This document shows positions 1 to 7,751 of a stretch of DNA of 40,145 nucleotides, in pieces; positions within the stretch are counted from its first letter, which is position 1, and each line of letters begins with the position of its first letter. The notes beneath the pieces were generated by a model, which searched no databases, was not told the origin of the DNA, and saw nothing but the letters and a program-made list of their open reading frames with translations. Position numbers and translations under genes: made by a program. The stretch spans positions 1-40,145 of the forward strand of contig JAFTHJ010000253.1 of the NCBI GenBank assembly GCA_017457465.1, read 5' to 3'. The stretch comes from Clostridia bacterium. GTDB taxonomy: Bacteria; Bacillota; Clostridia; Oscillospirales; CAG-272.

Positions 1-343
1 CGCCGCAAAATCTCCAGTTACTCGCCTTCGGCGAGTTCATTCCTCAACCCGCAAAAGTTCGACTACGGGCTATCGCCCTGCGCTCAGGATGACACGCTGA
101 ATCAAATGAAGCGCGTCATGGTATGAAAAGGCTGACGGTGGAGAAGCGCACAAATTTGTAGGGCGGGGGTTTACTCCCGCCGAAAACAAAGACCTTTGGC
201 TACAACAGGGCGGCAGCAAGCCACCGCCCTGCAAAACATCGCGCATCCGCGACCAACGGTCGGACAATGCGCCAACCGAACCGAGGTCCTTGACTGTCGC
301 GTGTGCGGCGAGGCAGCCTGATCCGTTTTTGGCGAGAACGGCT

Positions 344-371
344 TGACTTCGGCATTTAAAAATGATATAAT
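344..371 (+). promoter_or_regulatory. sigma-70-type promoter for the HAD hydrolase gene
   Basis: TTGACT (344-349), 16-nt spacer containing TG at 363-364, TATAAT (366-371). GAGGAG RBS at 395-400, ATG at 409. Confidence 0.55.
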
Positions 372-408
372 AAAATAGGTAATTTTGCGTGCGTGAGGAG
401 ATTTTATC

Positions 409-1020
409 ATGAAAAACATCGTGTTCGATTTCGGTCAGGTGTTGGTGCATTTTGAGCCCGCTTACATGGTCGGGCGATACGTTTCGGCCCCCGACGACGC
501 AAGACTGCTGGAAACGGTCGTGTTTGACCGTCTGTATTGGGATCGCCTGGATGCGGGTACGATGTCCGACGGCGAGCTGATCTCGGCGGTACGGGAGCGA
601 CTGCCCGAGCGCCTTTGGGATGTGGCAAGCAGGATCTATTACGAATGGATCTATAACATTCCCGAAACGGAGGGGATGCGCGAGCTGATCGCTGAGCTAA
701 AGGAAAACTATAACGTGGCGGTGCTTTTGCTGTCTAACATATCGCTGTATTTCGCAAGGCACGCACACGAGATCCCGATCCTGAAACAGATCGACAAATG
801 TATCTTTTCCTCGGTGTGCGGTATGGTCAAGCCCAACGCCGATATTTTTCGGCATCTGTGTATTTCGTGCGGTATTGATCCGCATGAAACGCTGTTCGTG
901 GATGACCGCGCGGAAAACATCGAGGGCGCGCGAAGCGTGGGGATCGATGGTTATTGCTTTGACGGAAACACGGCAAGGCTGCGCGCGTATTTGCGGGAAA
1001 GGCTTGAAAAAAGGGCGTGA
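409..1020 (+). CDS. HAD-superfamily hydrolase (subfamily IA-like)
   Basis: 203-aa ORF with RBS 8 nt upstream. N-terminal IVFDFGQVLV (HAD motif I-like loop), LLLSNIS (motif II), and K..(x)..LFVDDRAENIEGA (Lys plus DD motifs III/IV). Confidence 0.8.
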   Translation: MKNIVFDFGQVLVHFEPAYMVGRYVSAPDDARLLETVVFDRLYWDRLDAGTMSDGELISAVRERLPERLWDVASRIYYEWIYNIPETEGMRELIAELKENYNVAVLLLSNISLYFARHAHEIPILKQIDKCIFSSVCGMVKPNADIFRHLCISCGIDPHETLFVDDRAENIEGARSVGIDGYCFDGNTARLRAYLRERLEKRA

Positions 1021-1099
1021 TCGGCGGTCGTGCTTAAAAGAGAAAAAGTTTGATAAAAGTCGAAAATATAGGGAAAAGTCAAGGGGTTTCTGCAAAAAA

Positions 1100-2200
1100 G
1101 TTAAAAAAAGTGCAAAAATTTTTTCAATTCAGGGGTTTTAAGCGGTCAAAAGGCGGTCAATATGGGCTTGGAACAGGTCTGCGGAGGAATACCAATCAAA
1201 GATTTGCCTCGGGTAATTGTTTATCCATTTCTCCAATTTTCGTATCTCGGCAGGGGTAACAGGATCGAAATTACATCCTTTCGGGTAATGCCTGCGCACC
1301 ATCTTGTTTTGATTTTCGTTAGATCCTCGCTCCCAGGATGAGTACGGATGGCAGTAGTAAGTCTTTGTACGCGCTTTCTTGCCTCGCATACTCATCTCGA
1401 TACCTACAACGTCTGAAAACTCCGTGCCGTTATCTACCGTGATCGTTTGGAAAAGCACGCGGAAAAGAGCCGAGCCGTATTCTCTCTCTATACTGTTCAG
1501 CGCCTTTACCACACTATCTGCGGTCTTATCCTTCATTTTCCTTATTATCTCATATCGCGTAAGGCGCTCTGTTAAAACAAGCAGAGTGCCTTTCGTGCCT
1601 TTTGCGCCCTCTACGCAATCCATCTCCCAATGACCGAAAGAGATCCGGGCAGAGATCTCGGGCGGTCTTTTCTCGATGCTCGTGCCGCGCTGCGCCTTTT
1701 TCGCCTTTACTGTTCTATACTTAGTATCCCTCTTGTTTCTCTTTACGGGTAGGTTTTCATTTGTAATAGTGAGGAATACCCCTTGTTCTATGTATCTATA
1801 CAGAGTGGGCTTCGTTACGGTGGTAGCAAATTCAAGCCCCTTGCGCTTTATCTCACCGAGCACCGCGCCGGGAGAATATTTGTGCTCTCTAATCATATAC
1901 TCAATGTATTCCGCGTATGCCATATCGTTGCCGATCTTCAAGCCCGCGCCCTTTGCCCGCAAGAAGTCCTGCTTTTTCTTCTCCGAAATATCAGGGCTAT
2001 ACCTCATTTCTCTTGTATAGTCGCTATTCAGATGCTCGTACTGACCTCTTTTAAGCTCACGGTATATGGTAGAATAGTGAACGCCAAGCAGCTCCGCAAT
2101 CTTCTTTATCGGGATGCCGACCTTCCGCCACGCCGCAATATTAAGTCTGTCGCTCCAGGTAAGTGTTTTGTAATGCCTCATAATATCATCCTCCTAAAAT
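1100..2200 (-). mobile_element. IS30-family insertion sequence (boundaries approximate, inverted repeats not resolved)
   Basis: Single transposase ORF 1138-2181. I could not identify convincing terminal inverted repeats or a target duplication by eye. Confidence 0.45.
1138..2181 (-). CDS. IS30-family transposase
   Basis: 347 aa with an AGGAGG RBS. N-terminal HTH IKKIAELLGVHYSTIYRELKRGQ. DDE-type core motifs FGHWEMDCVEG, ITVDNGTEFSD and CHPYSSWERGSNEN are typical of IS30 transposases. Confidence 0.85.
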   Translation of the reverse strand: MRHYKTLTWSDRLNIAAWRKVGIPIKKIAELLGVHYSTIYRELKRGQYEHLNSDYTREMRYSPDISEKKKQDFLRAKGAGLKIGNDMAYAEYIEYMIREHKYSPGAVLGEIKRKGLEFATTVTKPTLYRYIEQGVFLTITNENLPVKRNKRDTKYRTVKAKKAQRGTSIEKRPPEISARISFGHWEMDCVEGAKGTKGTLLVLTERLTRYEIIRKMKDKTADSVVKALNSIEREYGSALFRVLFQTITVDNGTEFSDVVGIEMSMRGKKARTKTYYCHPYSSWERGSNENQNKMVRRHYPKGCNFDPVTPAEIRKLEKWINNYPRQIFDWYSSADLFQAHIDRLLTA

Positions 2201-2205
2201 ACAAG

Positions 2206-2237
2206 AGAGGGCTTACCCTATCAGAGTATAGCCCTCT
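2206..2237 (-). terminator. hairpin terminator downstream of the RHH gene
   Basis: Perfect 8-bp stem AGAGGGCT (2206-2213) / AGCCCTCT (2230-2237), starting 5 nt after the stop at 2242-2244. U-rich sequence follows on both strands. Confidence 0.45.
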
Positions 2238-2241
2238 TTTC

Positions 2242-2436
2242 TTAGTCTGCCAAAAAATTCTCTATTGCCTTCTTGATGATCTGCGCCTGCGGAATCCCCA
2301 GCTCAGCGCACTTTGCCTTGAAAGCTTCTCCCATCTCTTTAGGAACGGCGCATTTTACCTCCGCATAAGTCTTTTTGTTATATCGCGCCTTCACCGCAGA
2401 GGAGGTTTTAGTTTTTCTTTTGGTTTCCATAGCCAT
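2242..2436 (-). CDS. small ribbon-helix-helix (Arc/CopG-like) DNA-binding protein
   Basis: 64 aa. Basic N-terminus, then a beta-strand-like YAEVKCAVPKEM followed by two short helices (GEAFKAKCAELGIPQAQIIKKAIENFL). GAGGGAG RBS and consensus promoter upstream. Confidence 0.6.
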   Translation of the reverse strand: MAMETKRKTKTSSAVKARYNKKTYAEVKCAVPKEMGEAFKAKCAELGIPQAQIIKKAIENFLAD

Positions 2437-2456
2437 ACTCCCTCTCGTTTTTTCAC

Positions 2457-2485
2457 ATTATAACATACTACGCCAAGTATGTCAA
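2457..2485 (-). promoter_or_regulatory. consensus sigma-70 promoter driving the RHH gene
   Basis: On the minus strand: TTGACA (2485-2480), exactly 17-nt spacer, TATAAT (2462-2457). The RHH ATG lies ~20 nt downstream. Confidence 0.65.
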
Positions 2486-2528
2486 GGGGTTTCGGCAACA
2501 TTTTTTGCAGTTTTTTGCGCTTAAAATA

Positions 2529-2557
2529 TTGAATTATTTTAATAATTATGATATACT
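2529..2557 (+). promoter_or_regulatory. candidate extended -10 promoter, divergent from the RHH promoter
   Basis: TTGAAT (2529-2534), 17-nt spacer ending in TGa, TATACT (2552-2557). Confidence 0.45.
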
Positions 2558-2703
2558 ATTAGCACCACACAAAATTTTATATTTTAGCGCTATTGGAAGT
2601 GCCTATATCTTTTTTACTCTCGGTAAAAATGTAGGCTCTCTTTTTCGCATTTCTGATAGTGCTGAAATTTTGTGTGGTAGCAAAACAGAGCTTGCGTTTT
2701 TCG

Positions 2704-2740
2704 GTGCGTGTAGCTTTGTGTTGCACGCACTTTTTATTTT
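2704..2740 (+). terminator. intrinsic-terminator-like hairpin abutting the RBS of ORF 2753-3289
   Basis: Stem GTGCGTG (2704-2710) / CACGCAC (2724-2730), followed by TTTTTATTTT (2731-2740). GGAGAG RBS at 2741-2746. Confidence 0.5.
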
Positions 2741-2752
2741 GGAGAGTAGCCT

Positions 2753-3289
2753 ATGGATTACGCCGCTATAATATTTATTACCGGGCTTGTTGTAGCTGTT
2801 ATCACTTGGCGCTATATGGATAGAAAACTCGATCAAGAAACCGCGCAACTATCGAAGGCTCTTGACGAAGCCAGGCAAAATAACGCAGCCGCATACGCCG
2901 AGAGGCAAGAGGAAAAGGCATTGATGCTTAGAGAAGCATTAAAAAATGCCGTTGTATTTACTTATAACACAGACGGGCGCATACCTGGTCTATCGGTAGA
3001 AAAAGCGGTTGACCTTATATATGTTTACCGTTTTTCACTTGGAATATGCACTATTTCCGATATTGATATTGCAGGAATCCGCGATATTATTAAAAAGGCT
3101 CTTGCAGCAGAAAAAGACAAAGAGGCAATTTTCAACTACTTGGCTCAACACAATATAAGCTGGAACGCAGAATACTCTTACGAGCTTGTGTTTGGAGATT
3201 TTCTTCCTCTTACGAACAGAAAAGAGGAAACCGTTAAGGCGGTTATAGAGAAGGCTCGTGCCTCCCATCCTATACCGTTTTCAACATAA
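2753..3289 (+). CDS. hypothetical membrane-anchored protein
   Basis: 178 aa with a GGAGAG RBS. N-terminal hydrophobic helix AAIIFITGLVVAVITW. It is the only convincing plus-strand gene inside the phage-like region. No family recognised. Confidence 0.55.
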   Translation: MDYAAIIFITGLVVAVITWRYMDRKLDQETAQLSKALDEARQNNAAAYAERQEEKALMLREALKNAVVFTYNTDGRIPGLSVEKAVDLIYVYRFSLGICTISDIDIAGIRDIIKKALAAEKDKEAIFNYLAQHNISWNAEYSYELVFGDFLPLTNRKEETVKAVIEKARASHPIPFST

Positions 3290-3394
3290 TTTTCTCTCTG
3301 AACGGACCAACCTTGCGCGCGGGCGCGTGCGGTCAGACCAACAAACAAATTTTATATTTGTATTTTATATTTAGTTTTGTTTTGTTTAGTTTTA

Positions 3395-3490
3395 TTTGCA
3401 TAATTTTGCATAGCATTTGCATAGCATAAGCAGTGCATTTGGATTGCAATTCCTTTGCATTTGCATAGCATTTGCATAGCATTTGCATAA
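3395..3490. repeat. iteron-like array of TTTGCAT(AGCA) repeats
   Basis: At least 7 copies of (T)TTGCAT starting at 3395, 3405, 3416, 3454, 3461, 3471 and 3482, mostly 10-11 bp apart (GCATAGCATTT tandem units). Flanked by the AT-rich tract 3340-3394. Confidence 0.65.
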
Positions 3491-3690
3491 GCAAAAAGCC
3501 TTGATTTTCAAGGGGTTTTAGGGTGCAACCTATTTTCAGTAACAAATCACCAATTATTATTTTTGTGAGCAGGCGCAACGCAGAATTAAATATTAACAAC
3601 TATTAACAAAAAATGAATAAAAGTTCATAAATGTTTTTGATGCAAGTGCTTCACTTACCGATTTTTACCATTTTTGAGTTTTCAACAATG

Positions 3691-3727
3691 AAAAAGGCAA
3701 GGATTTTTAACGATCCCTGCCTTTTTA
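3691..3727. terminator. bidirectional rho-independent terminator
   Basis: Stem AGGCAAGGAT (3695-3704) / ATCCCTGCCT (3713-3722) with one mismatch. AAAAA lies on one side and TTTTTAT on the other. It sits immediately after the stop of ORF 3730-4704. Confidence 0.7.
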
Positions 3728-3729
3728 TA

Positions 3730-4704
3730 TTATGATAAGGAAGCTTTTTCCTCTGTTTCCTCCACTTCAGGAGGCGCTTTTTCAGGCTCTACAAGGGGCG
3801 TATCGTCCATATACTGAATAGCCTGCCGCATCAGATCTACCTGGTCGCTCATATAGTTTACGGTGTCAAAAACGATATTCTCATAGCCGAATTTATATCC
3901 GCCAAAGCCGTTCATTACTACCGCAAGAAGCTTGAGCATCACCGAGGCGAAGATTACCCAGGTAGGCTCAATAACTACATCGAGCACGATCATACTCATA
4001 ACGAGCGCTACAAGGAACGTTGTAACAAATTTCACACCAAAATTGAGATACTTCTTAGATTCAGGCTTCCAGCCGAGAGGAGAGCGCCTGTAAGAGCCTC
4101 TGCCTCGCTTCATTATCATTTCAGGTGTGAGCTTGATAGGCTTTACTGCGTTTGCCTTTTTAATGGCATCGCGCTGCGGCTTGGAAAGATCTGCCCGGGC
4201 ATCTACATCCTCCTCGCTCAGTGAGATATATTCCTTCAGATAATGCTCGTAGGATATACCTACAACGGCGAGAATTTCAAGACGGGAATTGCGCAGCTCC
4301 TCCTTTACAAAGTGCCGGCAAAATTCAGGCAAGCGAGCCTGCAATTTACGGTCCACAATGTTCTTTTTATAGGTTTCAAAGGTATTCAGCGCATCGGTAT
4401 ATAGTTTGCTCGCTAAGCCTGTTCTCATACCGCTATCAGAGCAGTTGATATACATAGAGTAGGAGCAGAAAAGGAGCAGGAAGAAATCAAGCCCCAGCGC
4501 CGCCATCTCCTCAAAGGAAGTAAGGCTTATATCGGTGGTAACGATAACTACCACTGCAAACATAAGGAATACACCTACAAAGATGCCTGCGTAATTAAGA
4601 AAGCCCTTTTTGAGCTTATTCTTTACCTGGTTTTCAGCAACAACGCTCTCCTCAAATTTAGATATTGCGGGCTGAGGAGAGATGCCCGAAGAAATCTTTT
4701 CCAT
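3730..4704 (-). CDS. hypothetical polytopic membrane protein
   Basis: 324 aa with four hydrophobic segments: YAGIFVGVFLMFAVVVIVTT, LGLDFFLLLFCSYSMY, FVTTFLVALVMSMIVLDVV and WVIFASVMLKLLAVVMNGF. Last gene of the minus-strand operon. Confidence 0.6.
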   Translation of the reverse strand: MEKISSGISPQPAISKFEESVVAENQVKNKLKKGFLNYAGIFVGVFLMFAVVVIVTTDISLTSFEEMAALGLDFFLLLFCSYSMYINCSDSGMRTGLASKLYTDALNTFETYKKNIVDRKLQARLPEFCRHFVKEELRNSRLEILAVVGISYEHYLKEYISLSEEDVDARADLSKPQRDAIKKANAVKPIKLTPEMIMKRGRGSYRRSPLGWKPESKKYLNFGVKFVTTFLVALVMSMIVLDVVIEPTWVIFASVMLKLLAVVMNGFGGYKFGYENIVFDTVNYMSDQVDLMRQAIQYMDDTPLVEPEKAPPEVEETEEKASLS

Positions 4705-4719
4705 AACGCTTTACCTCCC

Positions 4720-5079
4720 TTATGGCTTCATACTTATTGTTTTACCGATCTTATAAAGAATAGCGCCTATACAGTTCGCTATAAGCCCCACGAAGCACAC
4801 TATAAGCATCTCGTTTATAATGTTGCTTAGGGCAAAGAGAAAGACGAACAGAACGAGCCATACTACCCATACCGCAGGCGAGCGAAAATACGCCTTGATA
4901 TATTTAAGGAACGGCAGGCAGGAGATAAACGCGAATAGCAGAAAGATGCCCGAGAAGGTTGCCTCGGAGGATCTGTCTATCCATACAGGAAATTGCGTAA
5001 GAGTAGCCGTCAAGGGCGCTCCAACGTCAATTACTATGGCAATAGTCTTGAGGATATTGCCCTTAGTGGTGTTTTTCAT
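4720..5079 (-). CDS. small multi-pass membrane protein (holin-like by size and position only)
   Basis: 119 aa with about four hydrophobic helices. Tightly packed between the neighbouring genes. Confidence 0.5.
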   Translation of the reverse strand: MKNTTKGNILKTIAIVIDVGAPLTATLTQFPVWIDRSSEATFSGIFLLFAFISCLPFLKYIKAYFRSPAVWVVWLVLFVFLFALSNIINEMLIVCFVGLIANCIGAILYKIGKTISMKP

Positions 5080-5082
5080 AAA

Positions 5083-5778
5083 TTACACCTCCGTATCTTC
5101 GGGCTTATCCTCTGCGCTTTCTGTAACCTCGCCCGTGCCGATAGCAGCGCGGACCGCTTTTACAACGGAAGCAAGCTCGCCGTCATTCTCAAGCGCCTTC
5201 AGGCAGTTCGCGTATTTGATATTCACGAGATCCTTTACGCCCTGGGGCAAATTCTTGTTGTTGACGTACACGGTGGAAAGAATATCGAGCACGGTAGCAA
5301 CCTGGGCGGCAAGAGCGCCGATAACCTTGTTTCTGTCAAGCTCGGTAGCTCCGTACTTCTCGTAGGCTTCTTTTAGCCGCACGTATTCTGCCGCCTGCGC
5401 GTTGTAAGAATCAATCAAGTTATTTATTACTTTCACAACGCTATCCTGGTTAGTGAGGTTTAGTCCGGTTTCCTCTTTGATCTTATTGAGGGTGGCGTTG
5501 ATCTCTTTCGTGCCCTTGCCGTTTCTAAGCTTCATATAGAGCGCGATAATGATGAGCGCAACATCACCGATAAGAGTGAGCACTTCACCTTTGTATTGGT
5601 TTACAAACTCCCATAGGCGCGTAAACACGGTGTGGGTTTCTGCATCATCCGTTACGGTGTCGGTGGCAGCGGGCGGCGCTCCGGGTGCAACATCCTCAGC
5701 CTCAGCCGCAAAGCACGGCACAGAGAGGCAAAGGAGAAGCGCCATAATGATACAAAGAACAGTAAAAATCTTTTTCAT
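5083..5778 (-). CDS. secreted or membrane-anchored hypothetical protein
   Basis: 231 aa. Signal-peptide-like MKKIFTVLCIIMALLLCLSVPCFA followed by AEA, plus a second hydrophobic helix LTLIGDVALIIIALYM. Confidence 0.6.
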   Translation of the reverse strand: MKKIFTVLCIIMALLLCLSVPCFAAEAEDVAPGAPPAATDTVTDDAETHTVFTRLWEFVNQYKGEVLTLIGDVALIIIALYMKLRNGKGTKEINATLNKIKEETGLNLTNQDSVVKVINNLIDSYNAQAAEYVRLKEAYEKYGATELDRNKVIGALAAQVATVLDILSTVYVNNKNLPQGVKDLVNIKYANCLKALENDGELASVVKAVRAAIGTGEVTESAEDKPEDTEV

Positions 5779-5790
5779 AGTTCCTTCTCC

Positions 5791-6246
5791 TTATGTAAAA
5801 TCGTAGGCTTCCATAATTTCATCAAGGCGCTTTTTGATAGCCGCAAGCTCGCCCTTGATAGTGGCGTTTTCCTCGCGGATCTCCTGATTTTCAATCCTCA
5901 AATCGACTATGGTTTGCGGCAAATTCAGATCGTTAGGGCAAACGAGGATGCCGCCATCTTTCAGCGCTTCCGCTTTCAATTCCTCGCACGTCCATCTCTT
6001 AGGGGGCGTAGTTCCATCCAGGATAGCAACCGTTATTTTAACCTCTCCGCGCAGCTTGTTGGCAGGCGCGGCGCACGTACCTTCAGAGAGCTTGCGGTAG
6101 AGCGAATCGCCCGAGGTTTCAATAATAGCGGTGGCATCCGATGGAGCGCCCGAGAAGGTGATATAAAGCTCGTCATATACGATCTCGGGCTGCCTGGTAA
6201 GGATAACGGCACTGCCGTTTCCGAGAAGCTTGTACTCCATCTTCAT
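5791..6246 (-). CDS. hypothetical protein with C-terminal coiled coil (tail-fibre-associated by position)
   Basis: 151 aa, GGAGTGAGG RBS. C-terminal heptad-like NQEIREENATIKGELAAIKKRLDEIMEAY. Confidence 0.5.
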   Translation of the reverse strand: MKMEYKLLGNGSAVILTRQPEIVYDELYITFSGAPSDATAIIETSGDSLYRKLSEGTCAAPANKLRGEVKITVAILDGTTPPKRWTCEELKAEALKDGGILVCPNDLNLPQTIVDLRIENQEIREENATIKGELAAIKKRLDEIMEAYDFT

Positions 6247-6257
6247 AGCCTCACTCC

Positions 6258-6386
6258 TTACGAATACTTGATGCCCGTAATTTCAAGAAATTCCGCAGCA
6301 GTGATCTTGCGCTTCTTAACGGCGTTTCTCACCATATCGAGCGTCCAAAAACCCTGCTCGTAATACTTTTTGATCTTATCAAACAT
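6258..6386 (-). CDS. XkdX-like small phage protein
   Basis: 42-aa ORF not in the supplied track: MFDKIKKYYEQGFWTLDMVRNAVKKRKITAAEFLEITGIKYS. It matches the XkdX pattern (KxYY..G.W....V...V.K..IT..EY.EITG). Translationally coupled on both sides. Confidence 0.6.
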   Translation of the reverse strand: MFDKIKKYYEQGFWTLDMVRNAVKKRKITAAEFLEITGIKYS

Positions 6387-6543
6387 TTTCTCCGCCCTCC
6401 GTCATTTCTTCGTTTTCAGGCTCAGGGATTTCAACATCACACATCATAGCAAGGTAGTCAGTGTGTGCCTTGTTCTTCGCGGATTCTGCTCTGAGGTTGT
6501 CAAGCTCGCGGCGCTCCGCAGGCGTTAAATTGCTTTTTGCCAT
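6382..6543 (-). CDS. small hypothetical protein
   Basis: 53-aa ORF (MAKSNLTPAERRELDNLRAES...). Starts 7 nt after the RT stop, and its stop overlaps the XkdX-like ATG (ATGTTTGA). Confidence 0.4.
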
Positions 6544-6549
6544 TTTTCT

Positions 6550-7623
6550 TTACCTCCATAGACTTTTGTAATAGGCGCAATAGCGCTGAAGTAGCTTAAA
6601 GGAATTGCCTTTGCGCAGGTGATCTAACTGACACTTAAAGCACTCATCAACCTTAGATCTCGGCATCTCGCCGCGCTTGACCTTCTGCACCATACGAAAG
6701 AGCTTCTTTCTGTTCCGCTTTACTGCTTCCGAAGAAACGAGCATTACGACCTTACCCGTAGAGGTAAGCAGATAATCGAAGCCCAGGAAGGTGAGCTTGT
6801 CTGTAACGTGTTGTATGCGTGTTTTACGCGGGTGTAGCTCAAAGCCGCCTTTGGCAAGGAATTTTTGAATTTCCGCCCGGCAATACTCCAAGTAGTTCTG
6901 ATCCTCGTGTATCATAATAAAATCATCCATATAGCGCAGATAGAATTTTATTCTGAGCTTTTCCTTTATAAAGTGGTCGAGTGGACTTAGCACGGAGATC
7001 CCTGCTATCTGAATGAGCTGGCTACCGGGGTTATAGCCGACCTCTCCCTTGTACTGCTCCCGAAGCACCCTCTCCGTTCTCTCATAGATTTCGGGCGGAA
7101 GCCTCTTAGCAAAACAAGCCTCGGCAACATCGTGCCGCATATTAGGGTAATATCCGTGTATATCGCACTTCAAAACATAGCCATTCGTGCCGTGCTTGCG
7201 GTAGAATTTTTGTAAAAACTCTTTCAAGCGGGTGCGGGCTAAGTCTGTGCCTTTGCCTTCCTGGCAGGCAAGATTATCGAAGATGAATTGCTTTGACATA
7301 AGCGGGTATATAACGTTGTCGTTCATACTGCGCTGATATACGCGATCCCGAAACGATATACTCACTGCCTCGCGCTTCTTCGGATAGGTTATAGTAAATT
7401 CCTTTGGAGGTCTTGCGGTATATGTACCGTCTTTTAATTCCTTCTCAAGCTTTAGCGTTTGCTCAATGCCGTTAAGGTGAAAGTGAGCAACAGAATCCTT
7501 CCATATAACGTTTTTCTTGCATTTTAGCATAGATTCGTAAAGCGCCTCAAAGCCTATAACACTCTCCAGGAGAGCAGCACCTTCGTAATTATAATTAGTT
7601 TCCACGATGTATATAGCTCCCAA
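6550..7623 (-). CDS. DGR reverse transcriptase
   Basis: 357 aa. Catalytic YLRYMDDFIMI box and NPGSQLIQIAGISVL (the SQ motif characteristic of DGR RTs). No maturase X, endonuclease or RNase H extension. Sits 128 nt downstream of the TR. The start codon is uncertain (TTG at 7623 or GTG a few codons in). Confidence 0.9.
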   Translation of the reverse strand: MGAIYIVETNYNYEGAALLESVIGFEALYESMLKCKKNVIWKDSVAHFHLNGIEQTLKLEKELKDGTYTARPPKEFTITYPKKREAVSISFRDRVYQRSMNDNVIYPLMSKQFIFDNLACQEGKGTDLARTRLKEFLQKFYRKHGTNGYVLKCDIHGYYPNMRHDVAEACFAKRLPPEIYERTERVLREQYKGEVGYNPGSQLIQIAGISVLSPLDHFIKEKLRIKFYLRYMDDFIMIHEDQNYLEYCRAEIQKFLAKGGFELHPRKTRIQHVTDKLTFLGFDYLLTSTGKVVMLVSSEAVKRNRKKLFRMVQKVKRGEMPRSKVDECFKCQLDHLRKGNSFKLLQRYCAYYKSLWR

Positions 7624-7751
7624 ATTCTCATAAAGAAGTTGCTTGCATCACCATAGTATTGTTCGCCCACACGGGCAGGGATTTCGGCTCTTTGTATTAT
7701 ATATTTCGGAGCACCACTCTTACAGAGCAGCCTTTTCGTCCTACGATATAA

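Noticed and set aside
160-185. tRNA/tmRNA T-arm-like hairpin GGGCGGGGGTTTACTCCCGCC
   Set aside because: The loop lacks the TTCRA consensus, there is no acceptor stem or CCA context, and no anticodon or D arms could be built around it.
70-628. Minus-strand ORFs of 126, 82 and 73 aa at the left edge
   Set aside because: They overlap each other and the HAD promoter and start, have Arg/Pro/Ala-rich nonsense-like composition typical of GC-rich non-coding DNA, and lack RBSs.
3395-3490. Possible CRISPR array
   Set aside because: The units are 10-11 bp with no unique spacers of CRISPR length and no cas genes. They are better described as iterons or binding-site repeats.
3333-3599. 88-aa ORF across the iteron/AT-rich region
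   Set aside because: Its translation is dominated by the repeats (MQMLCK.. repeated). It has no RBS and lies in an obvious non-coding regulatory region.
6550-7623. The RT could be a retron or group II intron RT
   Set aside because: An adjacent TR/VR pair with adenine-only mismatches and an Avd gene define a DGR. There is no maturase X/En domain, no intron domain V-like RNA and no msr/msd-type inverted repeats.
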